From Chloroflexota bacterium (GTDB taxonomy: Bacteria; Chloroflexota; Anaerolineae; DSLN01): a stretch of DNA of 24,000 bases. The stretch is from NCBI GenBank assembly GCA_902812335.1, contig CADDZL010000003.1, forward strand, positions 1 through 24,000, written 5' to 3'. Made by a program: the position numbers and the translations under genes. The notes below the pieces were generated by a model, which was given only the letters and a program-made list of their open reading frames with translations, ran no database searches and was not told the origin of the DNA. Positions 1-8,640 of the stretch are shown one piece after another (the first letter of the stretch is position 1; each line of letters starts with the position of its first letter).

Positions 1-13
1 GTCTCGACGGGAT

Positions 14-724
14 CTAGTCCACAAAGCGGTACTTGAGCAATGTCCAGGCCGCAATGGGGGCATCTTTCCAACCGATCTTCTTGCCCTCCTCATACTCGCG
101 GCCGCTGTAGGAGATGGGAACCTCATAAATGCGATGGCCGCGCTTGAGCACCCTGGCGGTCACCTCCGGCTCGAAGTCGAAGCGGCGCGCGCGTAGCGGC
201 AGGGGCTTGACCACTTCAGCGCGGAACACCTTATAGCCGGTCTCCATGTCCGTCAGGATCGTATCATAGAGAATGTTGGTCAGAAGCGTCAGAAGCTTGT
301 TACCGATAGTATGCCAGAAGAGCATGGCTTTGCGCGGGCCACCGAGGAAGCGCGAGCCATACACGACCGCTGCCCGGCCTTCCTCGATTGGGCGCAACAG
401 CGCCGGATAATCGCGGGGGTCGTACTCCAGGTCTGCGTCCTGGATCAGGATCACATCGCCGCTGGCATGGGCCAGGCCGGTGCGCACTGCTGCGCCCTTG
501 CCGTAGTTGGTCTCGTGGTGCAGGATGGTCACGCAACCATCTTGGGCCACCTGGTCGAGGACTTCACGGGTACCGTCGGTGGAGCCATCGTTCACGACAA
601 TGATCTCATCGGCACGCCCAACTGCGCGCACCTGGGCGATGATCGCGGCGATGGTCTCGCGCTCGTTATAGCACGGAATGATGACCGACAGGCGCAGCCG
701 TTGTGTGGGCCGGAGCAAGGTCAT
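14..724 (-). CDS. Family-2 (GT-A fold) glycosyltransferase, polyprenol-phosphate sugar transferase-like
   Basis: ORF 14..826(-). Motifs [30 protein letters not shown] and [10 protein letters not shown] (DxD) form the classic GT2 signature. Start placed at ATG 724 ([10 protein letters not shown]) because the extra 34 aa of the long ORF are P/G/C-rich low complexity. ATG 826 remains possible. Confidence 0.8.
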   Translation of the reverse strand: MTLLRPTQRLRLSVIIPCYNERETIAAIIAQVRAVGRADEIIVVNDGSTDGTREVLDQVAQDGCVTILHHETNYGKGAAVRTGLAHASGDVILIQDADLEYDPRDYPALLRPIEEGRAAVVYGSRFLGGPRKAMLFWHTIGNKLLTLLTNILYDTILTDMETGYKVFRAEVVKPLPLRARRFDFEPEVTARVLKRGHRIYEVPISYSGREYEEGKKIGWKDAPIAAWTLLKYRFVD

Positions 725-730
725 AGGCTG

Positions 731-736
731 ATTATA
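731..736 (-). promoter_or_regulatory. Candidate -10 box (TATAAT on minus strand) 6 nt upstream of the GT2 ATG; would give a leaderless or near-leaderless mRNA
   Basis: Plus strand 731-736 is attata, which is TATAAT on the minus strand. Only aggctg (725-730) separates it from ATG 724-722, and no Shine-Dalgarno fits in between. Confidence 0.3.
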
Positions 737-829
737 GCCGGCAGCCGCTGATCCGACAACCGGTGGAGGCGGTAGGGGTGAAATACACCCGCAGCCGGGC
801 GGGCAGGTTGTGGAATCAGGTTTCATCTA

Positions 830-838
830 TGCTATAAT
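830..838 (+). promoter_or_regulatory. Candidate extended -10 promoter (TGCTATAAT) for the long + strand operon
   Basis: tgctataat at 830-838, 31 nt upstream of ATG 870. AAAAGGAG Shine-Dalgarno at about 856-863. No convincing -35, which extended -10 promoters tolerate. Confidence 0.4.
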
Positions 839-869
839 GGCTATCCCAGTACAAGAAAAGGAGCCGGCT

Positions 870-1748
870 ATGCAGCGTCCTTCTACTTTCTCCATTGTGG
901 CCTACGACCCGCAGCGCGGTGAGTGGGGGGTGGCAGTCCAGTCCAAGTTTCTGGCGGCAGCGGCAGTCGTGTCATGGGCGCGGGCGGCTGCGGGCGCGGT
1001 GGCGACGCAATCGTATGCCAACACAAGTTATGGCCCGCGAGCGCTGGAGTGGATGGCGCAAGGGGTTTCGGCCGAGGAAGTGGTGGCCCGATTAGTTGCC
1101 GATGATGAGGGCCGTGCCCAGCGCCAGGTCGGCGTGGTGGATGCGCAGGGGCGCGCGGCAGCCTTCACTGGCGACGGCTGTTTGCCCTGGGCCGGCCATA
1201 TCATCGGGACACACTACACTTGTCAGGGCAATATCCTGGTAGATGAGCGGACTGTGCAGGCGATGGCCGAAACGTTTGAGGCAACCAGCGGCGAACTGGC
1301 CGAACGGCTGGTGGCAGCCCTGGCTGCAGGCCAGGCAGCCGGGGGCGACCGGCGCGGACAGCAATCCGCAGGGTTATTGGTCGTGCGCGAGAACGGCGGC
1401 TATGGCGGCTTTAATGACCGGTATATTGACCTGCGGGTGGATGATGACCCCCGGCCTATCGAGAAACTGCGCCAACTCCTTGACCTTCATCATCTGTATT
1501 TCGGCCAGACACGCCCCGAAGACTGGCTGCGGATCGAGGGTGACGTCGCCCGCGACCTGCAGCAGTTAGCAGCCAGGGCCGGGTTGTACAATGGCCCGGT
1601 CCATGGTGAATATGACGCGGCGACACGGGCCGCGCTGCGGGCGCTCGTGGGGATCGAGAACCTGGAAGAGCGCTTACGCGAAGAGGATGGGTACATTGAC
1701 GCCGTGGCATTGCAGGTGCTGCACGAGCGCGTGGAGCAGGCGACATGA
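870..1748 (+). CDS. DUF1028-family Ntn-hydrolase-like protein with C-terminal peptidoglycan-binding-like repeat
   Basis: ORF 810..1748. Start moved to ATG 870 (MQRPSTFSIVAYD) behind an AAGGAG RBS. STFSIVA...GVAVQSKF...ATQSYAN...TCQGNIL...GGDRRGQQSA matches my memory of DUF1028. The C-terminus GLYNGPVHGEYDAATRAALRALVG looks like a PG_binding-type helix repeat. Confidence 0.75.
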   Translation: MQRPSTFSIVAYDPQRGEWGVAVQSKFLAAAAVVSWARAAAGAVATQSYANTSYGPRALEWMAQGVSAEEVVARLVADDEGRAQRQVGVVDAQGRAAAFTGDGCLPWAGHIIGTHYTCQGNILVDERTVQAMAETFEATSGELAERLVAALAAGQAAGGDRRGQQSAGLLVVRENGGYGGFNDRYIDLRVDDDPRPIEKLRQLLDLHHLYFGQTRPEDWLRIEGDVARDLQQLAARAGLYNGPVHGEYDAATRAALRALVGIENLEERLREEDGYIDAVALQVLHERVEQAT

Positions 1749-3091
1749 TGCTGATCACACACGGCACAGTGTGTACCTGTGGGGCTGAGCCGCAGGTGCT
1801 TGATGATGGTGCAGTTTGCATCGAGGGCGATCGGATCGCCGCGGTCGGGCCGACCACGGAACTGGCTGTGCGCTATCCGCAGGCGGAACGATTAGATGCC
1901 GCCGGTCAATTGGTCATGCCCGGCGCGATCTGTGCCCATACCCACTTCTACGGCGCGTTTGCGCGGGGGATGAGCCTGCCGGGCGAACCGCCCCGCAACT
2001 TCGTGGAGATCCTCAGGAAGCTGTGGTGGCGCCTGGACCGGGCTTTGGATGAGGAAGCCATCCGCTACTCGGCGCTCGTCTCACTGGTTGACGCCATCCG
2101 CCATGGGACAACCACGCTGATGGACCACCATGCCAGTCCGAACCAGATAGACGGGTCGCTGGATGTTATCGCCGAGGCAGTAGAGCAAGCCGGCCTGCGG
2201 GTCTGCCTGTGCTACGAGGTGACCGACCGCAACGGTGATGAAGGGGCCAAGGCGGGCATTGCTGAGAATGTCCGCTTCATTCGCCGAGTGCGAACGACAG
2301 GCACTGAGCGATTGGCGGCTTCCTTCGGATTGCATGCGTCGCTGACACTGTCGGACCGGACACTAGAGCACGCCGTGGGGGAAGCGCAAGGGCTGGGATC
2401 GGGCTTTCACATTCATGTGGCGGAAGACCAGGCCGACCAGGACGATAGTCTGCGACAGCATGGCCTGCGGGTGGCGCAGCGGTTGGAACGACAGGGCGTG
2501 CTGGGCCAGATGACGCTGGCGGCGCACTGCGTCCACGTGGACCCGGCGGAGATCACTGTCCTGGCACGCACTGGGACAAAGGTCAGCCACCAGCCGCGCA
2601 GCAATATGAACAACGCCGTCGGCACTGCACCGGTTCAGGCGCTGCTTGACGCTGGGGTCCACGTCGGCCTGGGCAACGATGGGTTCTCTAACAATATGTT
2701 CTTGGAGATGAAGGCAGCTTACCTGGTGCACAAACTGGCCGTCCGAGACCCGCGTGCGATGGGCGGTGAGACGGTGATGCGGCTGGCATACGCGGAGAAT
2801 GCCCGCATCGCCAGCCTGTTCTGGCCGGGCACAGTAGGTTCGCTGGAACCAGGGGCTTATGCCGACATCGTGCTGTTGGACTACCGGCCCTATACGCCGC
2901 TGACAGCCGGCAACCTGCCCTGGCATGTTATCTTCGGCGTGGACGGCTCACATGTGACGACCACCATCTGCGCCGGGCGCTTGCTGATGAGAGACCGCCA
3001 ACTGCTGACGCTGGACGAGGAAGCTATTGCGGCCAATGCCCGTGAGGTCGCAGGCAAGGTGTGGCGACGCTTCGCCGAGAGCGGAGACTGA
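1745..3091 (+). CDS. ssnA: SsnA-type putative aminohydrolase (amidohydrolase superfamily, COG0402 clade)
   Basis: 448 aa. PGAICAHTHFYG (HxH), ILRKLWWRLDRALDEEAIRYS, LMDHHASPN, GFHIHVAEDQ, RSNMNNAVG and GLGNDGFS line up closely with E. coli SsnA as I recall it. ATGA overlap with the upstream gene. Confidence 0.85.
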   Translation: MMLITHGTVCTCGAEPQVLDDGAVCIEGDRIAAVGPTTELAVRYPQAERLDAAGQLVMPGAICAHTHFYGAFARGMSLPGEPPRNFVEILRKLWWRLDRALDEEAIRYSALVSLVDAIRHGTTTLMDHHASPNQIDGSLDVIAEAVEQAGLRVCLCYEVTDRNGDEGAKAGIAENVRFIRRVRTTGTERLAASFGLHASLTLSDRTLEHAVGEAQGLGSGFHIHVAEDQADQDDSLRQHGLRVAQRLERQGVLGQMTLAAHCVHVDPAEITVLARTGTKVSHQPRSNMNNAVGTAPVQALLDAGVHVGLGNDGFSNNMFLEMKAAYLVHKLAVRDPRAMGGETVMRLAYAENARIASLFWPGTVGSLEPGAYADIVLLDYRPYTPLTAGNLPWHVIFGVDGSHVTTTICAGRLLMRDRQLLTLDEEAIAANAREVAGKVWRRFAESGD

Positions 3092-3098
3092 AGAGATC

Positions 3099-3761
3099 AT
3101 GCGCATCGCGATCCTCGGGGGCACTGGTAAGGAAGGCTCCGGCCTGGCACTGCGCTGGGCACACGCCGGACACGACCTGGTGATCGGCTCACGCGAACGG
3201 GCCAAGGCCGAACGCGTTGCGGCGGAACTGAACGCTGTCCTGGGCCGTGACGCCATCACCGGGCAGGAGAATCTCAGGGCAGTCGAGCAGGGCGAGGTCG
3301 CCGTCCTGACCGTGCCTTATGCTGCCCATGCGGCCACATTGGAGACTGTGCGCAAGGCGCTGGCGGGCAAGGTGTTGATTGACGTGACTGTGCCACTTGA
3401 CCCGGCCAATGTGCGTCGGGTGAAATTGCCGCCGGCCGGTTCCGCTGCTGTCGAAGCCCAGCAGCTTCTTGGGCCTGAGGTTCGGGTGGTAGCAGCATTC
3501 CATAATGTGTCCGCCGAACATCTGAAGAGGCTCGGTGACCCAATTGACTGCGACGTGCTGGTATGCGGTGATGACAGGTCTGCGAAGGAAGTCGTTATCG
3601 GGCTGGCGGCTGATGCCGGTATGCGCGCGTTCGACGCCGGCGCGCTGGCGAACGCGGCTGTGCCGGAGGGGCTGACGTCGGTGCTGATCAACATCAATGC
3701 GCGCTTCAAGATCAAGGATGCCGGCATCCGCATTACGGGCATCCCCCAGAGCAACTCATGA
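3099..3761 (+). CDS. npdG: NADPH-dependent F420 reductase (F420H2:NADP+ oxidoreductase, NpdG/Fno)
   Basis: ORF 3027..3761. Start moved to ATG 3099. MRIAILGGTGKEGSGLALRWAHAGHDLVIGSR Rossmann N-terminus and VAVLTVPY...VLIDVTVPL are typical of the NpdG family. Confidence 0.85.
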   Translation: MRIAILGGTGKEGSGLALRWAHAGHDLVIGSRERAKAERVAAELNAVLGRDAITGQENLRAVEQGEVAVLTVPYAAHAATLETVRKALAGKVLIDVTVPLDPANVRRVKLPPAGSAAVEAQQLLGPEVRVVAAFHNVSAEHLKRLGDPIDCDVLVCGDDRSAKEVVIGLAADAGMRAFDAGALANAAVPEGLTSVLININARFKIKDAGIRITGIPQSNS

Positions 3762-4522
3762 CTGATCACCCCACCATACAGATCATCGCTATTCCCGGTA
3801 TCCCGTTGATCCGAGCGGGGGACGATCTGGCGGCCATGTTGCTTGACCGGCTGATCGCTGCCGACCTGCGTTTGCAGGACGGCGATGTGCTGGTGGTCAC
3901 CTCCAAAATTGTGTCTAAAGCCGAGGGTCGGGCCGTGTGGCTGCATGATGTGGTGCCCTCGCCGCAAGCCACAGAGCTGGCAACTGTCTGCCAGAAGGAC
4001 CCACGACTGATCGAGGTGATTCTGCGCGAATCGAAGCGAGTGCTGCGCACCCGGCCGGGGCTGATCATCGTGGAGGACCGGCGCGGCTTTGTGTGCGCTA
4101 ACGCCGGAGTGGACCATTCCAACGTGGCGGGCGAGGACTGGGTATTGTGCCTGCCTGAAGACCCGGACCGCTCGGCATTGATGCTGCGGCGGCAACTCGA
4201 AGCGGTGACCGGTGCCCGCATTGGCGTGATCATCGCCGACAGTCATGGGCGGGCCTTCCGCATGGGAACAGTAGGGGTGGCCGTGGGTGTGGCCGGAGTA
4301 GCCGGCCTGCTCGACCTGCGCGGGCGGCCCGATCTGTTCGGCTATCGGCTCCAGGTGACACAAGTGGGCCTCGCCGATGAAATCGCGGCAGCCGCTTCGT
4401 TGCTGATGGGCCAGGCAGATGAGGCCCGCCCAGCGGTGCTGGTGCGCGGTATGCCCTATCCGCTGCGCGAGGGCAACGCTCAGGAGTTGGTCAGGCCACG
4501 TGAACTGGACCTGTTCCGATGA
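3758..4522 (+). CDS. cofE: Coenzyme F420-0:L-glutamate ligase (CofE / FbiB N-domain equivalent)
   Basis: 254 aa. IPGIPLIRAGDDLA, GDVLVVTSKIVSKAEGR, FVCANAGVDHSN and IIADSHGRAFRMG are CofE hallmarks. ATGA overlaps on both sides. Confidence 0.9.
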   Translation: MTDHPTIQIIAIPGIPLIRAGDDLAAMLLDRLIAADLRLQDGDVLVVTSKIVSKAEGRAVWLHDVVPSPQATELATVCQKDPRLIEVILRESKRVLRTRPGLIIVEDRRGFVCANAGVDHSNVAGEDWVLCLPEDPDRSALMLRRQLEAVTGARIGVIIADSHGRAFRMGTVGVAVGVAGVAGLLDLRGRPDLFGYRLQVTQVGLADEIAAAASLLMGQADEARPAVLVRGMPYPLREGNAQELVRPRELDLFR

Positions 4523-5415
4523 ATATCTACGTGCAGCCAATTGCTGCTTCTCGCGAATCGAAGCTGCGTCCCTACCTGGCATTAGGCGTCGGCGTTGTCA
4601 GCCTGGGTTTCTCGGCGATCTTTGTGCGCTGGGCGCACGCGCCGGGTGCCGTTACCAGTTTCTACCGCGTGGCCATTGCCGCCGCCTTGTTAGCCTGGCC
4701 CTTCTTCCGTCGGGTCCGCGCCAGGGGAGGGCTGGCACGGCGTGGGGTTCAATTCGCCGTGCTGGGCGGGTTGTTCTTTGCGGGTGATCTGACCTTGTGG
4801 ACCACAGGCGTGGTTCTCAGTGGCGCGACCAACCCCACGTTGCTGGCCAACACAGCACCGTTGTGGGTCGGATTGGGCGCATTGGTCCTCTTTCATGAGA
4901 GACTCAATGCGACGTTCTGGGTGGGTTTGCTGCTGGCGATGATCGGTGCGCTGGTTGTCCTGGGTCTCGATGCTCTGCGCGCCACGTCCCTCGGCCTGGG
5001 GACGTTCTTGGGGCTCCTGGCCGGGGTGTTCTACGGCGGCTACTTTCTGATCACCCAGCGCGGTCGTGAAACCCTTGATTCGCTGACCTACTTCTGGCCT
5101 GCCGCTGCCAGTTCGACGGCGGCTCTGCTCGTTCTAAGCCTAGCCTTGCGCCAGCCTCTGACCGGCTACCCGGCCTTCACCTACCTGAACTTCATTGCCC
5201 TGGGCCTGGTGACCCAGGTCTTTGGTTATCTGGCGATTAATTACGCTCTGGGCCACTTACCCGCTTCGCTGGTATCGCCAACGCTGCTGGGCCAACCGGT
5301 GGTGACTGCGGTTCTGGCCGGGCCGCTCCTGGGCGAGTCTCTGCAGTTGTGGCAGGTCTTGGGTGGACTGGGCGTGCTGGCCGGGATTTATATTGTCCAT
5401 CGCAGCCGATCATGA
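4519..5415 (+). CDS. EamA/DMT-superfamily transporter (about 10 TM, two EamA repeats)
   Basis: 298 aa, hydrophobic throughout with about 10 helix-length segments. The general EamA pattern (FVRWA..., [27 protein letters not shown]) is present. ATGA overlaps with cofE upstream and the nitroreductase downstream. Confidence 0.8.
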   Translation: MNIYVQPIAASRESKLRPYLALGVGVVSLGFSAIFVRWAHAPGAVTSFYRVAIAAALLAWPFFRRVRARGGLARRGVQFAVLGGLFFAGDLTLWTTGVVLSGATNPTLLANTAPLWVGLGALVLFHERLNATFWVGLLLAMIGALVVLGLDALRATSLGLGTFLGLLAGVFYGGYFLITQRGRETLDSLTYFWPAAASSTAALLVLSLALRQPLTGYPAFTYLNFIALGLVTQVFGYLAINYALGHLPASLVSPTLLGQPVVTAVLAGPLLGESLQLWQVLGGLGVLAGIYIVHRSRS

Positions 5416-6014
5416 ATGTGACTGAAGCGATCCGATCACGCCGCTCGATCCGGCGCTACTTGCCTGAGCAGGTGCCGGACGAAGTTGTTATGAGGCTGTT
5501 AGAAGCGGCTTGCTGGGCACCATCGGCGCATAATCGCCAGCCATGGCGCTTCGCCGTTATCACCGCTGCCGTGGTCAAGGAACAGTTGGCGCGGGCAATG
5601 GGCGCGCGGCTGCGGGCCGACCTGGAACGGGACGATGCGCCATCGCAGGCGATTGAGCGGGATGTCAGCCGTTCCTTTGCCCGCATCACCGGCGCACCGG
5701 TCCTTGTGCTGGCCTGCCTGACCCTGTCCGATATGGACACCTATGCTGACGCCAAGCGTGCCCGGGCTGAGTGGGTGATGGCGGCGCAGAGCGTGGCTAT
5801 GGCAGTACAGAACCTGCTGCTCGCTACTCAGGCGGAAGGGCTGGGAGCATGTTGGATGTGTGCGCCGCTATTCTGTCCGGAGACAGTTCGTGCCGTCCTC
5901 GACCTGCCGGAGGACTGGGAGCCGCAGGCGCTGATCACGCTGGGATATCCCGCGGAGCCACCTAAGGATAAGGGACGGGAGCCGTTAACCAGCCGCGTGA
6001 TTTTTTATAGATGA
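5412..6014 (+). CDS. Nitroreductase-family protein, stand-alone homologue of the FbiB C-terminal (dehydro-F420-0 reductase) domain
   Basis: ORF 5349..6014. Start moved to ATG 5412 (ATGA overlap). [19 protein letters not shown] and GLGACWM are nitroreductase-fold motifs. The position between cofE and cofD supports an F420 biosynthetic role. Confidence 0.75.
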   Translation: MNVTEAIRSRRSIRRYLPEQVPDEVVMRLLEAACWAPSAHNRQPWRFAVITAAVVKEQLARAMGARLRADLERDDAPSQAIERDVSRSFARITGAPVLVLACLTLSDMDTYADAKRARAEWVMAAQSVAMAVQNLLLATQAEGLGACWMCAPLFCPETVRAVLDLPEDWEPQALITLGYPAEPPKDKGREPLTSRVIFYR

Positions 6015-6940
6015 AAGTCGTGGCTTTGGCGGGGGGCGTCGGTGGGGCCAAGCTGGCCGATGGGCTGGCACGGCTTTTGCCGCCGGCTGATCTGACGATC
6101 GTCGTGAATACGGCCGACGATTTCACCTGGCATGGGCTGCATATCTCACCCGACCTGGACACGGTGATGTATACCCTGGCGGGGCTTGCCAACCCGGAGA
6201 CCGGCTGGGGCGTGGTCGGGGATGCCTTCCTGGCCCTGGACATGCTGGGGCGTTACGGGCAAGAAACCTGGTTTCATGTCGGCGACCGCGACCTGGCAAC
6301 GCACGTCCTGCGCAGCCATTTGCTACGCCAGGGTATGACGCTGACCGCAGTCACAGCTACACTGGCACGGGCGTTGGGCATAGGGGCGACACTCCTGCCC
6401 ATGAGCAACGAACGTGTGGAGACCGTGGTCGAGACCGACACGGGCGATCTGTCTTTTCAGGAGTATTTCGTCCGCTATGCCTGGCAGCCGGTGGTACGCC
6501 GCCTCCGTTGGGACGGGCTCGATGTAGCCCGGCCAGCGCCAGGCGTGCTGCCGGCGCTGCAGGCCGCGGCTGTCGTGGTGATCTGCCCTTCGAATCCCTT
6601 TGTCAGCATCGGCCCGATGCTGGCTCTGCCCGGCGTACGCGCCTCTCTCCGGGCCGCCCGGCGCGTCCTGGCCGTCTCGCCCATCGTCGGCGGCCGGGCG
6701 CTCAAGGGACCGGCGGCCAAGATGATGGCCGAACTGGGCCAACCTGTTTCCGCCGTGAGCGTCGCGCAGGGCTATGCCGATTTCCTGAATGCGTTCATTC
6801 TAGATCGAGTTGATAGCGCCGAGGTTCCCCAGGTTGAGGCTCTGGGTGTGCGGCCCTTCGTCACAGACACGATCATGCAGGACCAGGCCGGTCGCATCCG
6901 GCTGGCACAGCAGGTCCTGAAGCTGGCGGAGTCGCTGTGA
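6011..6940 (+). CDS. cofD: 2-phospho-L-lactate (or enolpyruvyl) transferase CofD/FbiA
   Basis: 309 aa. [34 protein letters not shown] and [12 protein letters not shown] are CofD signatures. Confidence 0.9.
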   Translation: MKVVALAGGVGGAKLADGLARLLPPADLTIVVNTADDFTWHGLHISPDLDTVMYTLAGLANPETGWGVVGDAFLALDMLGRYGQETWFHVGDRDLATHVLRSHLLRQGMTLTAVTATLARALGIGATLLPMSNERVETVVETDTGDLSFQEYFVRYAWQPVVRRLRWDGLDVARPAPGVLPALQAAAVVVICPSNPFVSIGPMLALPGVRASLRAARRVLAVSPIVGGRALKGPAAKMMAELGQPVSAVSVAQGYADFLNAFILDRVDSAEVPQVEALGVRPFVTDTIMQDQAGRIRLAQQVLKLAESL

Positions 6941-7542
6941 TGCGTACGACGAAGACCTGGGCCATCGTCCCGGTAAAGCCGCTGCGGCAAGCTAAAAGTC
7001 GGCTCGCGCCAGCGCTCACCGCTAACCAGCGGGCGACGTTGGGACGCTCGTTCCTGGCGCACACGCTGGATGTGCTGACCTCCGGATCAGACCTGGCCGG
7101 TGTGCTTGTGATCAGCGCGGACGCGACGGCCCTGGATCTGGCGCGTGCCAAAGGTGCTGTTGGCCTGCTGGAGACTGACCCTGGCCTGAATGCTGCACTG
7201 GCGCAGGCGACGGCCTGGGCGGTCGAGCATGGCGCTGACGCGACTCTGGTCGTGCCTGCCGATTTGCCGCTGCTCGCGCCAGAAGACATCCAGAGAGTGC
7301 TGGCATTGGCAGAGCCGATGCCAACCGTTGTCCTGGCTCCCGACCGGCGCGAGGAAGGTACGAATGCGCTCCTCAGCGCCCCGCCCGGCCTGATCCCTTA
7401 TGCCTTCGGCCCCGGCAGTTTCGCCCGCCACCGGGCGCACTGTCGGGCACGGAACGTCCCTTGTCGGGTTTATCGCTCGCCGCGCCTGGCGTTTGATGTG
7501 GATTTACCTGAAGACCTGCGCCAGTGGGTGGGCAGCTTGTAA
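6940..7542 (+). CDS. cofC: Phospholactate/phosphoenolpyruvate guanylyltransferase CofC/FbiD
   Basis: ORF 6937..7542 begins GTG-ATG. ATG 6940 overlaps the cofD stop (GTGATG). WAIVPVKPLRQAKSRLA, LVISAD and VVPADLPLL fit CofC. Confidence 0.85.
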   Translation: MRTTKTWAIVPVKPLRQAKSRLAPALTANQRATLGRSFLAHTLDVLTSGSDLAGVLVISADATALDLARAKGAVGLLETDPGLNAALAQATAWAVEHGADATLVVPADLPLLAPEDIQRVLALAEPMPTVVLAPDRREEGTNALLSAPPGLIPYAFGPGSFARHRAHCRARNVPCRVYRSPRLAFDVDLPEDLRQWVGSL

Positions 7543-7581
7543 TTTCTCTCCTCATTTGTAAGGCAGTCCAGGTGGGGGGAC

Positions 7582-7610
7582 TTGCTCCGCGCCTCTGTTC
7601 AGTGTACGAT
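7582..7610 (+). promoter_or_regulatory. Candidate internal sigma-70-like promoter (TTGCTC - 17 nt - TACGAT) ahead of the LLM/hydroxylase genes
   Basis: ttgctc at 7582-7587, exactly 17 nt, then tacgat at 7605-7610. It lies in the only sizeable intergenic gap (87 nt) of the array. A GGGAGGTGG RBS follows at about 7618-7626. Confidence 0.25.
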
Positions 7611-7629
7611 ATTGCCTTGGGAGGTGGCC

Positions 7630-8640
7630 ATGAGCGGAGACCGGGTGGCACTTTACTTGCAGGATGCTCATCCGATACGGGATGGGATGCGTTATGTGCA
7701 ATATGCCGAAGCGCGTGGCTTTGAAGCAGTCTGGCAGGCCGAGTCGCGCCTGGTGCGCGACGCCATCGTGCCGATGGCTGCCTTCGCTGCGGTCACAGAA
7801 CGGATCAAGGTCGGCTCCGGCGTGGTAAACAACTGGACGCGCAACCCTGCGCTTCTGGCCGCGACTTTTCTGACGCTCGACGATCTGGCCCCGAACCGGA
7901 TCATCTGTGGCATCGGCGCATGGTGGGACCCCCTGGCTGCCAATGTCGGCATTACCCGGTCCAGGCCGCTCACGGCCATGCGCGAGGTGGTCACGGTGGT
8001 GCGCGATCTGTTGGCGATGAAACGGGTAACCTTTCACGGCGAGTTCGTCCACGTTACCGATATCGAACTCGATGTGGTACACGGCCGGCGCGAGCCGCGC
8101 CATGTGCCCATTTACATCGGCGCGACCGGGATGCAGATGATGGAGCTGGCTGGTGAGATCGCCGATGGGGTCCTGCTCAATTACTGTGTGCCGCCGGAGT
8201 ATAATGATGCTGCGCTGGAGCATTTGGAAGCGGGAGCGCGACGGGCCGGGCGTTCACTCGATAGTCTCGACCGACCGCAGCTTGTGGTGTGCTCAGTGGA
8301 CTACGATCATGAGCGGGCGCTCGATGGCGCGCGCGAACTGCTGACGCAGTATCTGGCTCAGCAACCGCATATCGCCCAGGCCAGCGGTGTGAAGCCGGAG
8401 GTGGTGCAGGAGATTCGGGGCATCCTCGGCTGGCCGGCGACGAAGGAACAGATCCATCGGGCTATGCGGCTGGTGCCTGATGATCTGGTTGAGCGCATCA
8501 CGGCCAGCGGTACGCCAGCGGAGGCTAAGGCCAAGGTGCGCGAATATGTTGCCCACGGCTGTACCTGCCCGATTCTATACCCGCTGGGGGATGTACAACT
8601 GATGATTGATACCTTCGCCGAGGGCTATACCGCATCATGA
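7630..8640 (+). CDS. LLM-class (luciferase-like, Mer/FGD-related) F420-dependent oxidoreductase
   Basis: ORF 7582..8640. Start moved to ATG 7630 behind [54 protein letters not shown] and [14 protein letters not shown] match the TIM-barrel LLM family typical of F420 enzymes. Confidence 0.8.
   Translation: MSGDRVALYLQDAHPIRDGMRYVQYAEARGFEAVWQAESRLVRDAIVPMAAFAAVTERIKVGSGVVNNWTRNPALLAATFLTLDDLAPNRIICGIGAWWDPLAANVGITRSRPLTAMREVVTVVRDLLAMKRVTFHGEFVHVTDIELDVVHGRREPRHVPIYIGATGMQMMELAGEIADGVLLNYCVPPEYNDAALEHLEAGARRAGRSLDSLDRPQLVVCSVDYDHERALDGARELLTQYLAQQPHIAQASGVKPEVVQEIRGILGWPATKEQIHRAMRLVPDDLVERITASGTPAEAKAKVREYVAHGCTCPILYPLGDVQLMIDTFAEGYTAS

Noticed and set aside
810-869. N-terminal extensions offered by the ORF track (810-869, 3027-3098, 5349-5411, 7582-7629, 15042-15056, 725-826 minus)
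   Set aside because: In each case an internal ATG gives a conserved family N-terminus, a Shine-Dalgarno at proper spacing or an ATGA stop/start overlap. The extension also overlaps the upstream gene or lacks an RBS.
2981-3022. Identical 14-aa peptide LLMRDRQLLTLDEE in SsnA (2981-3022) and the MtaD-like protein (22063-22104), which looked like a repeat or gene conversion
   Set aside because: The DNA differs at 9 positions in 8 of the 14 codons, all synonymous. This is conservation of a family C-terminal motif between old paralogues, not a DNA repeat or a recent exchange.
3317-4582. 421-aa ORF on the minus strand
   Set aside because: It is entirely antisense to the well-supported npdG and cofE genes. 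It is R/A/G/H/Q-rich with no recognisable domain. This is the typical shadow ORF of GC-rich DNA.
7543-7629. Riboswitch or leader structure (for example a Moco riboswitch) in the 87-nt gap; the same question was asked of 20720..20859
   Set aside because: The regions are too short for known Moco, purine or FMN riboswitch architectures. Only a weak imperfect hairpin (aggcagtcc...ggacttgct) was seen.
7552-8223. 223-aa minus-strand ORF; the same applies to 16088..16792 (234 aa), 13760..14296, 13993..14529, 21612..22163 and 2363..2926
   Set aside because: All lie antisense within strongly supported CDSs, and their sequences are low complexity and Arg/Pro/Ala-rich. They are treated as GC-driven open frames.
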